Virus record (IMG/VR): IMGVR_UViG_3300002835_000017
From: a virus
Strand: one strand, 5' to 3'
DNA: 64,000 nt
Positions 9,892 through 19,802 of the stretch are shown here, in pieces (position 1 is the first letter of the stretch; each line of letters begins with the position of its first letter). The position numbers and the translations under genes are program-made. Under the pieces are notes generated by a model. That model saw only the letters and a program-made list of their open reading frames with translations. It was not told the origin of the DNA and did not search any database.

Positions 9892-10656
9892 TTATTTTCC
9901 AACATTCCAAAATAAAGTATCTTCACTAATTGTTGCCATCTCCTGAATATGTTTCCATGCTTTACTATCGTATGTTAATGATGATGGAAATGGTGGTCTA
10001 TCTTCCATTTTGCAATCTTTGTGGAACGGCATTCTTTTTGGTATTGTGGTTGCTCTACCTTGCTGAACGATTGATGTGTTGTGTCCAATTTGAACTCCAT
10101 ATACTTTTGCATCAGGCCAAGCTAATTGTAAACCTCTACTTAATGTACCAGAACTCATTACACTCCAAACTTCTTTTGGTGTAAATGGTAGCTTTCTTGC
10201 CGTTTCTACGATTGTGTTTAGAATGATTGGGTCATCAAATCCGAATGGAACTAATTTAATCTTATCCCATCCATGTCCTTGTCTATCTTTTGCCTTTCGA
10301 TTTAAGTTAGTTAGGTATCCCATAGGAACTTCGTTGATTTCTGCACCCACCATTTCTGCTTCTAATGTAAGTTCGGTTCTTTTACCTTGTGGAACATACA
10401 CAATTGCTTTCTTTCCTAAATCTCTGCAAGCGTATGCTAATGCAACTTGTCCGTATCCTTGTCTGGGGGATGCGTAAATCCATTGTTCTACCTGTGGATA
10501 CGCCAACATATATGAATATGCGAATCTGCGTTTACTACCGCCAGGTAAAAGGTCATCTCTTACAACCTTTATACCTGCGATAGTTTGAACTACGATAGGT
10601 GGTAAATTCACCTCATAGTTATATCTTTCTAAATGAAAATCTAAATGTTTATACAT
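9892..10656 (-). CDS. PLP-dependent fold-type II enzyme (ACC deaminase/D-cysteine desulfhydrase-like)
   Basis: VRDDLLPGGSKRR PLP-lysine motif, SSGT phosphate loop, TYDSKAW, LFWNVG; ATG at 10656 preferred over the track start. Confidence 0.8.
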   Translation of the reverse strand: MYKHLDFHLERYNYEVNLPPIVVQTIAGIKVVRDDLLPGGSKRRFAYSYMLAYPQVEQWIYASPRQGYGQVALAYACRDLGKKAIVYVPQGKRTELTLEAEMVGAEINEVPMGYLTNLNRKAKDRQGHGWDKIKLVPFGFDDPIILNTIVETARKLPFTPKEVWSVMSSGTLSRGLQLAWPDAKVYGVQIGHNTSIVQQGRATTIPKRMPFHKDCKMEDRPPFPSSLTYDSKAWKHIQEMATISEDTLFWNVGK

Positions 10657-10659
10657 AAC

Positions 10660-10690
10660 CAAATTTACGAAAAAAAATCCAATAAAACAA
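10660..10690 (-). promoter_or_regulatory. Bacteroidota sigmaA-type promoter (TTG-N20-TAAATTTG)
   Basis: Exact TAnnTTTG with TTG 20 nt upstream. Confidence 0.7.
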
Positions 10691-10692
10691 GT

Positions 10693-10959
10693 CTATTGCG
10701 ATATTTGTTCGTTTATTAAATTAACATAAGCAAGTTTGGATTGAACGCCTACAAATCTACCTACTTCTTTACCATTTTTTTCTATGATAACAGTTGGTAC
10801 TGAACGAATTGAGTATTTAGTAGCTTCAGTATATGCTTCATCTACATCATAATCTTCAAATTTTACATTTGAAAATTGAGTTTTAACTTCGTTAATTATT
10901 GGTGCTAATACTTTGCATGGTCCACACCAAGATGCACTAAATTTCTTTACTGTTAACAT
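10693..10959 (-). CDS. trxA: Thioredoxin
   Basis: WCGPC active site, SVPT cis-Pro loop. Confidence 0.95.
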   Translation of the reverse strand: MLTVKKFSASWCGPCKVLAPIINEVKTQFSNVKFEDYDVDEAYTEATKYSIRSVPTVIIEKNGKEVGRFVGVQSKLAYVNLINEQISQ

Positions 10960-11128
10960 ATTTTTTATTTTTTGAGTTTCCCTTTAATTTTTCAATTAAT
11001 TTAAATTTTCTAACTTGCTTCAATTTTCTGTCTAATGGATTCTCATTTTCTTCAACTCTATTTAACTTTTTTTCTAATTGAAGTAGTTTTTTAGCTACCT
11101 TTGCTTTGTCAATCTTGTTTTCACTCAT
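10937..11128 (-). CDS. Small basic hypothetical protein
   Basis: 63 aa Lys-rich ORF filling the nrdA-trx gap. Confidence 0.45.
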   Translation of the reverse strand: MSENKIDKAKVAKKLLQLEKKLNRVEENENPLDRKLKQVRKFKLIEKLKGNSKNKKYVNSKEI

Positions 11129-11146
11129 AATCTTGTTTTTTAATTT

Positions 11147-12928
11147 TTATCCTTCACAACTTACACATTCGGCATCCATTGCTCTTGCTGCAATATCACC
11201 TCTTAAAACTGATTCTGTTCTCATGTAATATAATGTTTTTACTCCTTGTTTCCAAGCTTCCATGTGGATTTGATTAATCCACTTTGGTTCTGCGGTTGCA
11301 GGGAATGCTAAATTTAATGAAACTGCTTGGTCAATGTATTGTTGTCTTACACCAGCTTGTCTTACTAAATCTAACTGATTAATTTCTTTGAATGTTTTGA
11401 ACACATCTTTAACTGAACTACATCTATGTGCTCTTTCATCAATCGATACTTCTTTACATTCAACTAACTTACCATCTGAAAAACAATATTCATCCAAAAA
11501 GTCCAAATCTTGTACTGAACCACCATCTGCTAAAATCTTATCCCATACTTCTTTGGTGTTTTTACCGATTTTCTTTAAAACTTTTTCTAACTCTGGGTTC
11601 TTACGAATGAATGTTCCTTTTGCAGTTTGTTCGGTAAATACGTTAGCTGCCCAAGGTTCAATACCACTACTTACATTACCACTCAATTTAGAGTTTGATA
11701 CCGTAGGTGCTACTGCTCTCAAGTGAGTATTTCTGAATCCACTCTCTTTACACCATAGAGGTTCACCATATTCAGATGCCAAATCTCTACTTGCTCTTTC
11801 AGATTCAATCTTCATTTGAGAGAAAATCTTACGAGTTTCAAATTGAGCCTGTAATCCTTCAAATGGCAATCCTTTTTGTTGTAAGTAAGTGTGCCATCCT
11901 AATACACCCAATCCCAATGCTCTACCTCTTTCTGCCGAACGAACTGAATTCTCAAATCCTTTCATATTCTTTGCTCTCTGAATGAACTCTTCTAATACAC
12001 CATCCAAAAAGATAGTAGCAGTATATATCAAGTCGGTATCTTTCCATTCATCGTATTTAGCTAAATTCAATGATGATAAACAACAAACAAATGAGTGTTG
12101 CTCATCGGTATGTAAAACGATTTCAGAACAAATGTTAGTCATGTGGACCTTCAATCCGTTCTTCTTATACATTTCAGGATTTGCTTTGTTTACATTTCCT
12201 TTATACATAATGTAAGGTTCACCAGTTGCTTTTCGTTTCTGAAGTAATTTACCCCATTTTCTACGAGCATCCGAATCTCCTTCTTCCAACTTCTTCATAA
12301 ATCTATCACTAACTACAACACATTGATGTAAGTTAAGTGATTGACGATTAACATCACCTTTAGGTTCTCTAATCTCTAAAAAATCTTCAAAGTCTTTGTG
12401 TTCAATTTTAATGTTCACCGATGCTGCTCCTCTTCGTACTGAACCTTGATTTGTTGCAAGGATAGTTGAATCATAGATTTTGGCAAATGGAACAATACCA
12501 TCCGATGTTCCATTACCAGTAATTTTACTACCAGCAGGTCTAATCATATTGATACCAATACCAACACCACCACCATGCTTTGCCAACAACATCAATTCTA
12601 AATTCTTTGAACCGATTTCAAAAATACTATCACCCACATCAATACCAAAACAAGAGATTGGTAATCCCCTATCTGTACCTGTGTTTGATAATACTGGTGT
12701 TGCTAAACACAACCAACCTTTCCAAATGTAATCAAAGAACTTTGTTGCCAATTGTGGTTTATCCAATCGTTTAGCAACTGCCGTAGCAACTCTCCAATAT
12801 GCATCTTTTGGTTTTTCTCCTGATTGTAAATATGTTTTGGATATAGTTTTTACATATATCTCATTATTTCCCCACGAAGGAAAGTCAACATCAACTTCCC
12901 ATCCGTATTCTTCTCCAAAATTTTTCAT
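11147..12928 (-). CDS. nrdA: Ribonucleotide reductase class I alpha subunit (short, no ATP cone)
   Basis: ATPVLSN, ISCF, TNICSEI, APTVSNS, KTLYY, C-terminal CVSCEG. Confidence 0.95.
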   Translation of the reverse strand: MKNFGEEYGWEVDVDFPSWGNNEIYVKTISKTYLQSGEKPKDAYWRVATAVAKRLDKPQLATKFFDYIWKGWLCLATPVLSNTGTDRGLPISCFGIDVGDSIFEIGSKNLELMLLAKHGGGVGIGINMIRPAGSKITGNGTSDGIVPFAKIYDSTILATNQGSVRRGAASVNIKIEHKDFEDFLEIREPKGDVNRQSLNLHQCVVVSDRFMKKLEEGDSDARRKWGKLLQKRKATGEPYIMYKGNVNKANPEMYKKNGLKVHMTNICSEIVLHTDEQHSFVCCLSSLNLAKYDEWKDTDLIYTATIFLDGVLEEFIQRAKNMKGFENSVRSAERGRALGLGVLGWHTYLQQKGLPFEGLQAQFETRKIFSQMKIESERASRDLASEYGEPLWCKESGFRNTHLRAVAPTVSNSKLSGNVSSGIEPWAANVFTEQTAKGTFIRKNPELEKVLKKIGKNTKEVWDKILADGGSVQDLDFLDEYCFSDGKLVECKEVSIDERAHRCSSVKDVFKTFKEINQLDLVRQAGVRQQYIDQAVSLNLAFPATAEPKWINQIHMEAWKQGVKTLYYMRTESVLRGDIAARAMDAECVSCEG

Positions 12929-12936
12929 AATCTTTT

Positions 12937-13950
12937 TTAAAATATATTATCCCAATTTTCACCTTCACCAGCTTTACTATAATCGGTAGGTCTCATAGCG
13001 AAGAAATCCGTATGAGTTACACCACCTGTAAGATGGTAAAACCAATCTAATTCAGATGCTTTCTTTTCGTTAAACTCAAAATAGTCATCTCCACCTTTAA
13101 TTGGGTTATATCCTAATTCTACTAACTTTTCATTAACTCTTTTTGTAATAAATTCCTTCAGGTCATCTTTTTTAAGATTCTCCAAATCACCCATTTCAAA
13201 AATCTTATCAATAAATTTGTGTTCTAAATCTCTAATGATTTCAGCTGCTTCATAAATTGCAGGTTTTGCTTCTTCTAACAATTCAGGAAACTCATCACAC
13301 ATGTGCCTAAATAATTGGCAACCCATCTTTGAGTGAAGTGATTCATCTCTTACACTCCACTTCATTTGCTGGCCAATTCCTTTCAATAGATTTCTCATTT
13401 GGAAAGAATATAGGACAGCAAATGAGGAGTATAGAGCTACACCCTCTGCAAATGCAGAAAATATTGCCAATGAACGTGCTACCTCAACTCTTGCTTTATG
13501 ATTAGTATCCAAATCTTTTGGAGTCCAATCTGCAGTAGTGTTGGTTAGTAATTCAAATCTCTCCTTCATTGTTTCATCATGTAAGAAACCTGCGAAATCA
13601 TCTAATCCTAATGTTTCATTTAGGTAAGAATACGCAACTGAATGTATTGTTTCTTGTGAACCAAATGCCATTGCCATTTGTCTAATCTCATGCTTTGGAA
13701 ACCATTTGGTAACCATACCTGTCCAATAATCGGATACCGCACATTCGGTTTGAGCAAATCCTAAAAGTATGTTTCCTACTAAATGCTTTTCTTCAGGTGT
13801 TAAATTTTCATTCCAATCTTTTACGTCCATCTGCATAGGAATTTCAGTATGCAACCAAAATGCTTGCATCTGCTTTAACCAGCCTTCATTGTAATAATCA
13901 GGATATTCAAATGGTTTATATGGAATTCTTTCTGTAAATAATTTGCTCAT
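12937..13950 (-). CDS. nrdB: Ribonucleotide reductase class I beta subunit
   Basis: QETIHSVAY, EGVALYSSF, RDESLH, DFFA.RPT.Y. Confidence 0.95.
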   Translation of the reverse strand: MSKLFTERIPYKPFEYPDYYNEGWLKQMQAFWLHTEIPMQMDVKDWNENLTPEEKHLVGNILLGFAQTECAVSDYWTGMVTKWFPKHEIRQMAMAFGSQETIHSVAYSYLNETLGLDDFAGFLHDETMKERFELLTNTTADWTPKDLDTNHKARVEVARSLAIFSAFAEGVALYSSFAVLYSFQMRNLLKGIGQQMKWSVRDESLHSKMGCQLFRHMCDEFPELLEEAKPAIYEAAEIIRDLEHKFIDKIFEMGDLENLKKDDLKEFITKRVNEKLVELGYNPIKGGDDYFEFNEKKASELDWFYHLTGGVTHTDFFAMRPTDYSKAGEGENWDNIF

Positions 13951-14038
13951 ATTTTTAATTTATTTATGTTTTTAATTGTAGGTATAACTATGAAGTAAAG
14001 TCGGAAATTCCGATTTTTCTTTAGAAAACTTTATACAA

Positions 14039-15397
14039 TTATCCCATATTTTCCACATACTTTTTGTGTAATAATTTTTTCTCCAAACCTTCACCATTTT
14101 TGCTATCTTTTGTAGAAGCCATACCATCAATAGATGTTGCTGCGAACACATCCATAATACCATGAAACGTATCAATCTTTGCTGGAAAGGTCATTCCATC
14201 AGGTCCAAATCGATTTTTAACGATATGAATACGACCTGTGTTTGATAACTTATCCTTTGTTTTTCTACTAACACTCATAATGAAATCAGCAGTTTGAACT
14301 TTCTTGTACGAATCTCCAACCGAATCGGCTTGAATAACTTCGTGGTCAATTGCTGCTCTATTAGTCTGTGTTGCAGTCCATACTGGTATCTGTGCTTCAC
14401 CACTCAATCCTCGCAACTCCTCATAGATTCCACCCAACTCCGCATACAATCCATCTCTATTACTATTGCCAGATTTTAATAAATCCGCATAATCAATAAT
14501 AATTAATTTAGGATTGAACCCAACTTGTCTTACTTTTTCAATATGAGCTGCAATTGTTTTTGCAGATGCGAATTGTGGTGGATAATATTTAATACGAACT
14601 CTACCTGGAATCTTTTTAATTTTGCGGATAATTTCATCTTTCCTATCCTTATGTTCGGATGTTTGGATACCAGTAAGAATTGTAGTATATCTCTGTCCTA
14701 CATAACTTTCTGATAACTCCAAAGTATAATGTAATACATCAATACCCTTTTCTAATGCAGAACACGCTATTTTAGATAAGAACCAACTTTTACCAATACC
14801 GGAGGGAGCCATTACAACACCCAATTCACCAGGCCCCAAACCACCATCCATTAGTTCATCAACAACATCCCATCCAGTTGGACACGAATCTCGTTTAACA
14901 TCTTCCATAATGGATTCAAAGTTTTCAATGTAATCTAATCCTAAATCAGATTCTACACCCACCTTTGATGCTGCCATCATCGTATCTATAATCTTATCGT
15001 AGTTTCCTGCTTTGAGTAAATCTACCGATTTTAGAAGGGCATCTTTTACTTTTTGGTTTTTACAAAAAGTTAAATATTCTTTTTTAACATAAGGTAAATC
15101 TTCGGAACCAACTTGTAAATAAACATTTTTAAGTTGGTCAACTACGGTTTGTTTTAAACCTTTATCATCTATAGAACTTACTTTGATTTTGAACACCTCC
15201 ATTGTAGGAGTTGCTCTAAATTCATTAAAGTAATCTAATAGAGAATTTATAATCCATTGATTTGCCTGTGATTCAAAGAATGTAGGTTTAGTGATTTCGT
15301 TTACCTGTTCAAGAAACTTAACATCTGTTATAAGAGAAGCAACAACTTTAGATTGATACGATTGTCCATATTTTACCAATGTATCTACTGCTTCCAT
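14039..15397 (-). CDS. Replicative DnaB-like helicase (gp41-like)
   Basis: APSGIGKS Walker A, TLE, IDYADL, TATQTNR, KNRFG. Confidence 0.93.
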   Translation of the reverse strand: MEAVDTLVKYGQSYQSKVVASLITDVKFLEQVNEITKPTFFESQANQWIINSLLDYFNEFRATPTMEVFKIKVSSIDDKGLKQTVVDQLKNVYLQVGSEDLPYVKKEYLTFCKNQKVKDALLKSVDLLKAGNYDKIIDTMMAASKVGVESDLGLDYIENFESIMEDVKRDSCPTGWDVVDELMDGGLGPGELGVVMAPSGIGKSWFLSKIACSALEKGIDVLHYTLELSESYVGQRYTTILTGIQTSEHKDRKDEIIRKIKKIPGRVRIKYYPPQFASAKTIAAHIEKVRQVGFNPKLIIIDYADLLKSGNSNRDGLYAELGGIYEELRGLSGEAQIPVWTATQTNRAAIDHEVIQADSVGDSYKKVQTADFIMSVSRKTKDKLSNTGRIHIVKNRFGPDGMTFPAKIDTFHGIMDVFAATSIDGMASTKDSKNGEGLEKKLLHKKYVENMG

Positions 15398-15609
15398 TAT
15401 TTTTTACGTTTCTTTCTTGCTAATTTTTTTTCTTCAATCGATAATTCCAACACCGTTTCCGATACTTCAACTACTTTTTGTACTGGTTTACGAAGTGCTT
15501 TCCACTCCGATTTGGGTACGAAAACCCAACCATATTGAAATACTTTTAAATCTGCTTCTTCTTCTTTTACTCTGCGGATTTCTCCATCTTTACTTTTGAT
15601 ACACTTCAT
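15397..15609 (-). CDS. Small basic hypothetical protein
   Basis: 70 aa; stop overlaps helicase start. Confidence 0.6.
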   Translation of the reverse strand: MKCIKSKDGEIRRVKEEEADLKVFQYGWVFVPKSEWKALRKPVQKVVEVSETVLELSIEEKKLARKKRKK

Positions 15610-15632
15610 CTGTTCCGTGTTTAAATTTAAAA

Positions 15633-15938
15633 TTATTTAACTACCATTAAAATTTCTGATTCTCTTAATAGAATATATTTGTTACCACCTACTTTGATTT
15701 CTTGTCCTTGATGGTACGGAGGGAGGATTACTTCATCACCTACTTCAACACTCATTGGAATTAATGTTCCACTCTGTGTGTAAATACCAGGTCCTACCGA
15801 TTCTACTTTTGCTCTTTTTACATCTTCACTTCGTACTGAATCAGGTATAATAATACCACCTGCAGTTTGTGAAACTTCTGGTTCTAATTCTGTTAGAAGA
15901 ACTCTATCTCCTAACGGTTTTACTAATTTGTTTGACAT
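15633..15938 (-). CDS. groES: Co-chaperonin GroES (capsid folding, gp31 analog)
   Basis: KPLGDRVL, TAGGIIIPD mobile loop, VGPG, VEVGDEV, LRESEI. Confidence 0.93.
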   Translation of the reverse strand: MSNKLVKPLGDRVLLTELEPEVSQTAGGIIIPDSVRSEDVKRAKVESVGPGIYTQSGTLIPMSVEVGDEVILPPYHQGQEIKVGGNKYILLRESEILMVVK

Positions 15939-15942
15939 TTTT

Positions 15943-17001
15943 TTAAAATTTTGCTATGTGAGAAAATGTGGATTGTAACCAGTCCGTAACATTTGGAAAC
16001 GAATCCAATATACGAGCTTTCAATCCTACTTTTAAAAATTCTTGCTTACTAAACTTTGGTACTGATTCTTCAAATCTATCTATAATTTTCATTCGAAGAT
16101 TACCACTAAATGTTGGTTCAGAAAGTTGAAACAATTTACGATTTCTTTTTAAGATTTCCAAATTATTTTCAAACAATTCATGCCCCTTTACTTTTTTTGG
16201 TTGAGTTTTAATATACTCTAACATAGAATCGGTAGTATGAACTTCCTCATCTGCTAATATTGGAAATGCTTTAAGAATTGTTTTTAATCCTAATCCTGTA
16301 ATACCCTCTACATTATCAGATTTATCACCATCAATTATTCTAAAATTAATAAAATTGTGTGGGTGAATACCAAACTCCTCAATAACTTCTGGAATATTGT
16401 ATATTTTCTTTTTAGATGGTGAATACACACTCACATCTTTATTTACCAATTGAATGAAGTCCTTATCGGAACTCATTATCACAACTTTTTCGTTTTCTTT
16501 TTTTAATTGAGTAGCAATGTACGCCATTACATCATCCGCTTCAATTCCATCATATATCATAATAGTGACAGGTAGAACTGAAAGTAGTTCACCTAATGCC
16601 GTCATTTGACGTTTCATTGATGCACTTTCTTCTTCAGGTGTCATTTGAATAGATGCGGCACGATTCAATCTCATTTTGATTTTATTCTTGCCTCTTTCCG
16701 ATTTGTATCCGGAATATATTTCTTTCCTACTATTCGAACCACCTTTACCATCAAATACGATTACAACTCTGGTAGGATTGATTGTTCGGATGGCATAGCC
16801 GATACTTTTTAAAGTACCGACTATTCCTCCAATATGGTCACCATTCTCATTAAGATTAGGTGCAGTTGACCAGGAACGAATGAAGGTATTAAGACCATCA
16901 ATAACTAATGTTTTAGAGTTACGATGTAAATCTCCAAAATCATTATGTTCCCTATCTATTTGTTTTAGTATATCTAAATACTTTTTGTTAATCTGACTCA
17001 T
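15943..17001 (-). CDS. 5'-3' exonuclease/RNase H (FEN family)
   Basis: IDGLN, VFDG, EADD, SSDKDF, GDKSDNVEG..GLG.KT. Confidence 0.92.
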   Translation of the reverse strand: MSQINKKYLDILKQIDREHNDFGDLHRNSKTLVIDGLNTFIRSWSTAPNLNENGDHIGGIVGTLKSIGYAIRTINPTRVVIVFDGKGGSNSRKEIYSGYKSERGKNKIKMRLNRAASIQMTPEEESASMKRQMTALGELLSVLPVTIMIYDGIEADDVMAYIATQLKKENEKVVIMSSDKDFIQLVNKDVSVYSPSKKKIYNIPEVIEEFGIHPHNFINFRIIDGDKSDNVEGITGLGLKTILKAFPILADEEVHTTDSMLEYIKTQPKKVKGHELFENNLEILKRNRKLFQLSEPTFSGNLRMKIIDRFEESVPKFSKQEFLKVGLKARILDSFPNVTDWLQSTFSHIAKF

Positions 17002-18091
17002 TTCCTTCGTCCGTTGTTATTTCAACTTCATCCGATGATGCTGCTTTGTATAATAAAATTGTTGCTTCACAAATCCTACGATAGATTTGGTCTTTAAGTT
17101 CTTCGTTTTCTAATAATTTAGCGAAGTCCTTTGATTGAAATTTCATAATTTCACCTGTATCAATATCAGTGTATTCATACCATGCTCCACCTTGCTTTAG
17201 AAGTTTAGCATCTTTCATAACTGCTAACCAACCTCCGAAATTATCAATACCTCTATCAAAGAAGATATCGAAATCCGCGTGTCTCAAAGGAGGACCCATT
17301 CGGTTTTTAATAACCTGTGTTCTAACTTTGATACCTACGATTCTATCACCTTGTTTCAATTGCCCCATATTCTTCAATCTCAATCTAACAGATGCGTGGA
17401 ATGCAAGTGCTTTACCACCCGATGTTGTCCACGGGTCTCCGAACATTGCGTTCATCTTCTGTCTTAATTGATTTGTGAATACTAATGCAATAGATTGTCT
17501 ACCAATCATATTGGTAATCTTTCTCATTGCTTTGGAGATAATAATTGCCTTATCGGTTGCGTAACCATCTTTACCATAATCGGCTTCTAACTCCTTATGT
17601 GTTGATGCTGCTGCTACTGAATCCACAACGATTGTTACCAATCTATCCTTATCACCTTTACGAACTTGCTCAATAATTGTTTCACATGCTTCAAAAATAC
17701 CTTCAACAGTATCAACTGAAACATATAGGAGTTTTGAGATATCTACTCCAATTGCTTCTAAAAATTCTCTACTAACTGCGGTTTCGGTATCAATCAGAAC
17801 TGCAACACCACCTTTACGTTGTGTTTCAGCTAATAAATGGGCAGAGAGCAGAGATTTTCCACTCTGCTCTAAACCCGTTATTTCTGTTATTCTACCAACT
17901 GGCAATCCACCATAAGGTCTGTTTGAGATTGCAACATCCAACATAGCGTTTCCGGTAGATACCCAATCCTTTACATTGGTAGGAGCATCACCACCCTCAT
18001 CTGTTAGAAAGTAAGCAATCTTACCATCCTTATTTTGTTTGTTTAGAGAATCGGCAAGTAAACTTGCTAAATCTTCTTCTCTTTTTGCCAT
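16988..18091 (-). CDS. recA: RecA/UvsX recombinase
   Basis: GLEQSGKS, IDTE, VDSVAA, NQLR, TSGGKAL.F.AS.RL, KNR. Confidence 0.95.
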   Translation of the reverse strand: MAKREEDLASLLADSLNKQNKDGKIAYFLTDEGGDAPTNVKDWVSTGNAMLDVAISNRPYGGLPVGRITEITGLEQSGKSLLSAHLLAETQRKGGVAVLIDTETAVSREFLEAIGVDISKLLYVSVDTVEGIFEACETIIEQVRKGDKDRLVTIVVDSVAAASTHKELEADYGKDGYATDKAIIISKAMRKITNMIGRQSIALVFTNQLRQKMNAMFGDPWTTSGGKALAFHASVRLRLKNMGQLKQGDRIVGIKVRTQVIKNRMGPPLRHADFDIFFDRGIDNFGGWLAVMKDAKLLKQGGAWYEYTDIDTGEIMKFQSKDFAKLLENEELKDQIYRRICEATILLYKAASSDEVEITTDEGNESD

Positions 18092-18103
18092 TTATAACTA
18101 ATT

Positions 18104-18964
18104 TTAGTTGTTAAATAAATCATCGAATGCCGATGCTACATCTTCTTTAAGAGGAGATGCTTTTTGTGTAGATGCCTTTGGTTCTTCATCATCCCAAGGT
18201 AACCCACCACTTTCTTGAGTACCACCCATATCAGTAGATACAGTTGATTGTTTAGGTTGAACTTTTGCCGATGCCAATTCCTCATTAATTGGGTTTCCAC
18301 TACCATTAGATGGAGCAGATGGGTTTAACCAATTTTCCAATACACCCTTCAATTCATCGTAAGATAATTCAGAATATAGTTCTGTAATCTCTTTTTGTGC
18401 GTTCAATAATTCAGTTACTGCCTGTGCGTCATCCAAAATTTTAGATACGGCAGGTTTAACTCTGATTGTAGTTGTTGGGTATGCTGCATTTGATTCTTCA
18501 GCTGATACTACTTCTAATACAATATCACGTCCTGTGTGTGGGTCTGTAATATCACCATAATCAGGGTCAGCAATATATCCTAAAATATCTTGATATACTG
18601 TTTTACCAAATCCCCAAAATTTAACTCCTTCACTTTCTTTACCTCTTACGATAACTGGTGCGAATGTTCTCAATTTTGGTTCCATTTTTTTCCCGGCCTT
18701 CCAGTCATCAGTGTCTCCTGTACGCTTTAGCTTTTCAGCAAACTCTACGATAGGGTCAGGTCTTCCAAATGAAATTGGAGATAGATACGTTTTGTTGTTA
18801 ATATTGTAGTGAAAATACAATTCAATGAAAGGATTATCCTTATTGAATTTGTAAGGTACTAAACGGATTTGAGATTTTCCGTTTGCTGGCTTCCAAATGG
18901 AATCAGACTTCTTTGTGTTGTTTTGAAGAGAGCTAAATCTCTTGAGTGCTAATGAAATGTCCAT
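18104..18964 (-). CDS. Single-stranded DNA-binding protein (gp32-like)
   Basis: Aromatic core, GDITDP..GRD motif, acidic tail ending AFDDLFNN. Confidence 0.8.
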   Translation of the reverse strand: MDISLALKRFSSLQNNTKKSDSIWKPANGKSQIRLVPYKFNKDNPFIELYFHYNINNKTYLSPISFGRPDPIVEFAEKLKRTGDTDDWKAGKKMEPKLRTFAPVIVRGKESEGVKFWGFGKTVYQDILGYIADPDYGDITDPHTGRDIVLEVVSAEESNAAYPTTTIRVKPAVSKILDDAQAVTELLNAQKEITELYSELSYDELKGVLENWLNPSAPSNGSGNPINEELASAKVQPKQSTVSTDMGGTQESGGLPWDDEEPKASTQKASPLKEDVASAFDDLFNN

Positions 18965-19062
18965 TGCTTTTTAAGTTTTAAGTGTTAATAAATTGTTTTA
19001 AGTTTGAAGGTTTTATCGCGATTTCCTTATATCTAAATATAACCTTTTTACTTTTCTTGTAA

Positions 19063-19093
19063 CAAATATACAATAAATTTGTTACATTTCCAA
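19063..19093 (-). promoter_or_regulatory. Bacteroidota sigmaA-type promoter (TTG-N20-TATATTTG)
   Basis: Exact consensus upstream of SSB operon. Confidence 0.7.
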
Positions 19094-19096
19094 GTT

Positions 19097-19453
19097 TTAT
19101 TTTGCCCACTTCCCTCTACTCACTAATTGAGAAATTACGGAGTAAACTGCTAGGTCTTGATAGGTATCTTCGATAGTTTCAGACACTTCATCGGGATGTC
19201 CTAATACTACCAATTGCTTTAATCTGTTGATTTTATCGTTCTTTCTGAACCATAGGCCATTCAATGATAATTTAACATCTTCTTTAGTTTGAAGTGATGT
19301 ACCTACTGAAATATTACCCGGTCCGTAGTTTCTTTGTTTTTTACAAAAAGTAGTATACATTTCATCCAGAATATTTTTAAATTCAAAAGTCATTTCTGGA
19401 TAAGTTTCTTCACAATATTCGACTGCGGATTGTTCTTTTTTGGTATCTAACAT
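19097..19453 (-). CDS. DUF1599/nucleotide-modification-associated domain 1-like protein
   Basis: KQRNYG...R.NDKINRL...EDTYQDLAVY pattern. Confidence 0.65.
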   Translation of the reverse strand: MLDTKKEQSAVEYCEETYPEMTFEFKNILDEMYTTFCKKQRNYGPGNISVGTSLQTKEDVKLSLNGLWFRKNDKINRLKQLVVLGHPDEVSETIEDTYQDLAVYSVISQLVSRGKWAK

Positions 19454-19773
19454 AACTTATTTTTTAAAAGTTTTTTATTTATTTTATTTTTTAATTTGAT
19501 TCCTAAAGCACACATTTCATACTCCTCATATTCTACGAGGGTTTCGATGTTTTCATCTAATAAATTTATGAATTCTTTACTATCAATTGAAAGTGTAATA
19601 ACAATCGAATGTTTGATTATTACATGCGCAAAATCAACGCGAGATTTATTGTTTCGAATTCCAAATGAAATTGAATCAATAATTGCTTTAGACATTTCCA
19701 TTCTATAAGTTTGGAAAACATCTACAGGGTCTTGAACGTAAATTTGAATAGGTTTGAATCTATTTCTTTTCAT
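19447..19773 (-). CDS. Hypothetical protein
   Basis: 108 aa ORF with C-terminal EEYE.CA helix; promoter-like TTG-N20-TATATTAG at 19778-19808. Confidence 0.6.
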   Translation of the reverse strand: MKRNRFKPIQIYVQDPVDVFQTYRMEMSKAIIDSISFGIRNNKSRVDFAHVIIKHSIVITLSIDSKEFINLLDENIETLVEYEEYEMCALGIKLKNKINKKLLKNKLC

Positions 19774-19802
19774 ACTACTAATATATGAAAAAAAAATCAG
19801 AA

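Noticed and set aside
13983-14013. TCGGA-AAT-TCCGA mini-hairpin and ATAGTTATA upstream of nrdB
   Set aside because: Stem too short to call a terminator; the motif may be a late-promoter variant but is unsupported alone
1261-18091. Inteins or introns in polB, nrdA, helicase or recA
   Set aside because: Lengths and motif spacing are continuous; no Hint or homing endonuclease motifs seen
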